Shown: positions 61,872 to 64,000 of the stretch, piece by piece
How positions within the stretch are numbered: position 1 is the first letter of the stretch
Layout: each line of letters opens with the position of its first letter
NCBI GenBank assembly: GCA_976551045.1
Contig: CDPCPM010000323.1
Span: 2,542,001-2,606,000, forward strand
Origin: Glaucostegus cemiculus
Lineage: Eukaryota
Reading direction: 5' to 3'
Length of the DNA stretch: 64,000 bases
Notes under the pieces: model-generated
The model's database searches: none
Told to the model about the DNA's origin: nothing
What the model saw: only the letters and a program-made list of their open reading frames with translations
Position numbers and translations under genes: made by a program

Positions 61872-63132
61872 ATGCATTCTTCCAGATATGATGATGAACC
61901 CAGGGTTTGTCTGCACTCATGGGTGGATGAAAAAGATCTCAAGGCTTGACTTGTAGAACAGCAGTGGAGTCATGGTTGAGTTATCACTTGGCCAGTGTGA
62001 ATCAACAGCTGTGACTCCTACATGTCAGTGGTAGCTACCATTCTGTGATACCACAGCCTGAAGGGACCCCTTTGAACATCCTGATGTTGGAAAATTATAT
62101 TGATTGTTCTTAACTCAATGCAGTCCGTGTGCAACAATATACCCTCACCACACACTACTCAGAAGATATTAGACTGCAGTCGCATTCAAAAGTTTATTTA
62201 TCCTAGAAAATGATTATAAAAATTTGTTTTAGGAAATACCTCAGATAATTGGCTACTTTAAATGACTGCTTATTGGCAAAAACATTGAACGGCTGGGCAT
62301 GTGGGAGAGAATAAATCGCAGGGAAATAAGGTGGGGGGTGGGTACAATGGGACTAAAGGGATTGCAAAGTTCAGTGTTCTCCTTCATGAGATAAGTGTAA
62401 GAATTTTTCTGGCTCTTCTGAGGAAAGCACGAGTGATATAATCAATGCCTTTCTCTCTGTCGCTGGGCTAGACTCTTCTTCCTTGGAGTACAAGTTAAAG
62501 CATTTGATAAATCTTGCTTTTGTTTCTTGGAATACATTCCAGGTGTTGTCAGCAGCTGCCTTCCTTTTGTTATACAGAAAACAGAAACTTTCTGTAAAAG
62601 GGTTGCTGCATTATTCAAGTATGGAGGAACATTCGGGAAGGAAGTGCCTAATTTTGAAATGTTTCACTAAAACATTCTGCTTAACATCACTGAGTACTGC
62701 TGCTGTAATAGCTGGTAAAATAAAATGCAACTGTAAAGATCAGAGCATTATGCATTCCTGGCTTTCACTGTATGAAGTCACAGCTTCAACACATGGACAA
62801 TATCAATGCGCATACTTGTTCAGGTAACCCATATTTGTTTATAGAATTACCAATGATGCATGAGAACAACACCAAAAAATCCATGGGGCTGCCTTTAAAA
62901 GCACAGATTTGCAGGAGATTTCTGCGGATGACCCTATTCTCATTATTGGGATTATGGGAGGACTTTATATCATCTGCAGCGATGGCATTGTTGATCCATC
63001 TAGGGTGGTCAACACTACAAACATGCTTAGAAGTATGGGAGGGTTAGCTCAGCCTGGTTAGAAGGGTGTCACCTACCTCTTGAAGAAATATAGCAGTATA
63101 TCTCATGCTAGCCAAGGATAAAATGGGTATAG

Positions 63133-63425
63133 TGGGCAGGCATGGTAGTGTAGTGATTAGCGTAACGCTTTACAGCGCCAGCGACCCAGATTCAATTCCC
63201 GCTGCTGTCTGTAAGGAGTTTGTACGTTCTCCCCATGTCTGCAAGGGTTTCCTCCGGGTGCTCCGGTTTCCTCCCACATTCCAAAGGCGTATAGGTTAGG
63301 AAGCTGTGGGCATGTTGTGTTGGCGCTGGAAGCGTGGCGACACTTGCAGATTGCCCCCCAGAACACTACGCAAAAGATGCATTTCACGTGTGTTTTGATG
63401 TACATGTGACTAATAAAAATCTTAT
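63133..63425 (+). mobile_element. Young V-SINE, tail A
   Basis: Full length. Confidence 0.9.
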
Positions 63426-63794
63426 ATGGAGTTAAGGTACATCGACCATGATCACAGTGTGTCGCAGAACAGGCTGAAGGGGCCAAATGGCTGTGCCAAT
63501 GTTCTTACTGGTTGTTTTACAAAGAGGGCTACTTTGAAGTGTTCCAGTGGAACATTCACTATTTTCCAGGTGGGCCCCACAACCACCTGGTGCCTTGGGA
63601 ACGCACCTGGTCCCAAGCTTATCCCCAGTGTGCCAGTGAGACCTTGGAAGGTGAGAACTCCTGACACTGAGGAGCCCCTCTACAGCTACCTCCCCTACCA
63701 CCCCAACCCTGACCCTCAACCACAAACGGTGTGGTCACAGCCAATGTTATTGTCCCCTGCAATGGACCAACAAACAGTTCAGCAGCACCAATTA

Positions 63795-64000
63795 ATTGCA
63801 AGAAGCATATGGTTTGCTTGCCTTCATTGGTTGAGGCATTGAGTATAAAAGTAAGGAAGTCATGTTGCAGCTATGTAAAACTTTGGTAAGACTGCACTTG
63901 GAGTATTGTGTGCAATTTTGGTTGCCCCATTACAGGACAGATGTGGAGATTTTGGAAAGGGCACAGCAGAGTTTCACCGGGATGCTGCCTGGATTAAAGG
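63795..64000 (+). mobile_element. CR1 ORF2 fragment running off the window
   Basis: KTLVRLHLEYCVQFWLPHYRTDV translation. Confidence 0.85.

Noticed and set aside
1-64000. CRISPR arrays, operons or other prokaryotic systems
   Set aside because: No regularly spaced repeat-spacer array or dense coding; the content is vertebrate intronic and retroelement DNA.

Overview
This is repeat-dense eukaryotic DNA, not prokaryotic. The repeat mix (V-SINEs, Deu-domain SINEs, CR1, L2, Rex1/Babar, L1, Penelope-like elements) points to a cartilaginous fish, most likely a batoid; this assignment is inferred from recalled repeat families. I can support one host exon, 17519-17832 (+), with CDS 17715-17832 encoding a signal peptide followed by DLVPRIVFTH. 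It resembles the first coding exon of a class-4 semaphorin, and the remaining ~46 kb appears to be its intron. The most notable structure is about 20 short Penelope terminal-repeat (pLTR) derived elements. Many are fold-back inverted repeats with 8-16 bp TSDs, and they carry minimal hammerhead-ribozyme motifs; the best-preserved is at 45576-45611. Also present: three solo LTRs with 4-bp TSDs, a 5'-inverted Rex1-clade insertion, a truncated L1 with an 11-bp TSD, V-SINEs with two different LINE-derived tails, an 88-bp local duplication, and an unexplained ~89-bp-arm inverted repeat. Most ORFs in the supplied track are repeat-derived or spurious. Repeat family names come from recognition by eye and the boundaries of old repeats are approximate.
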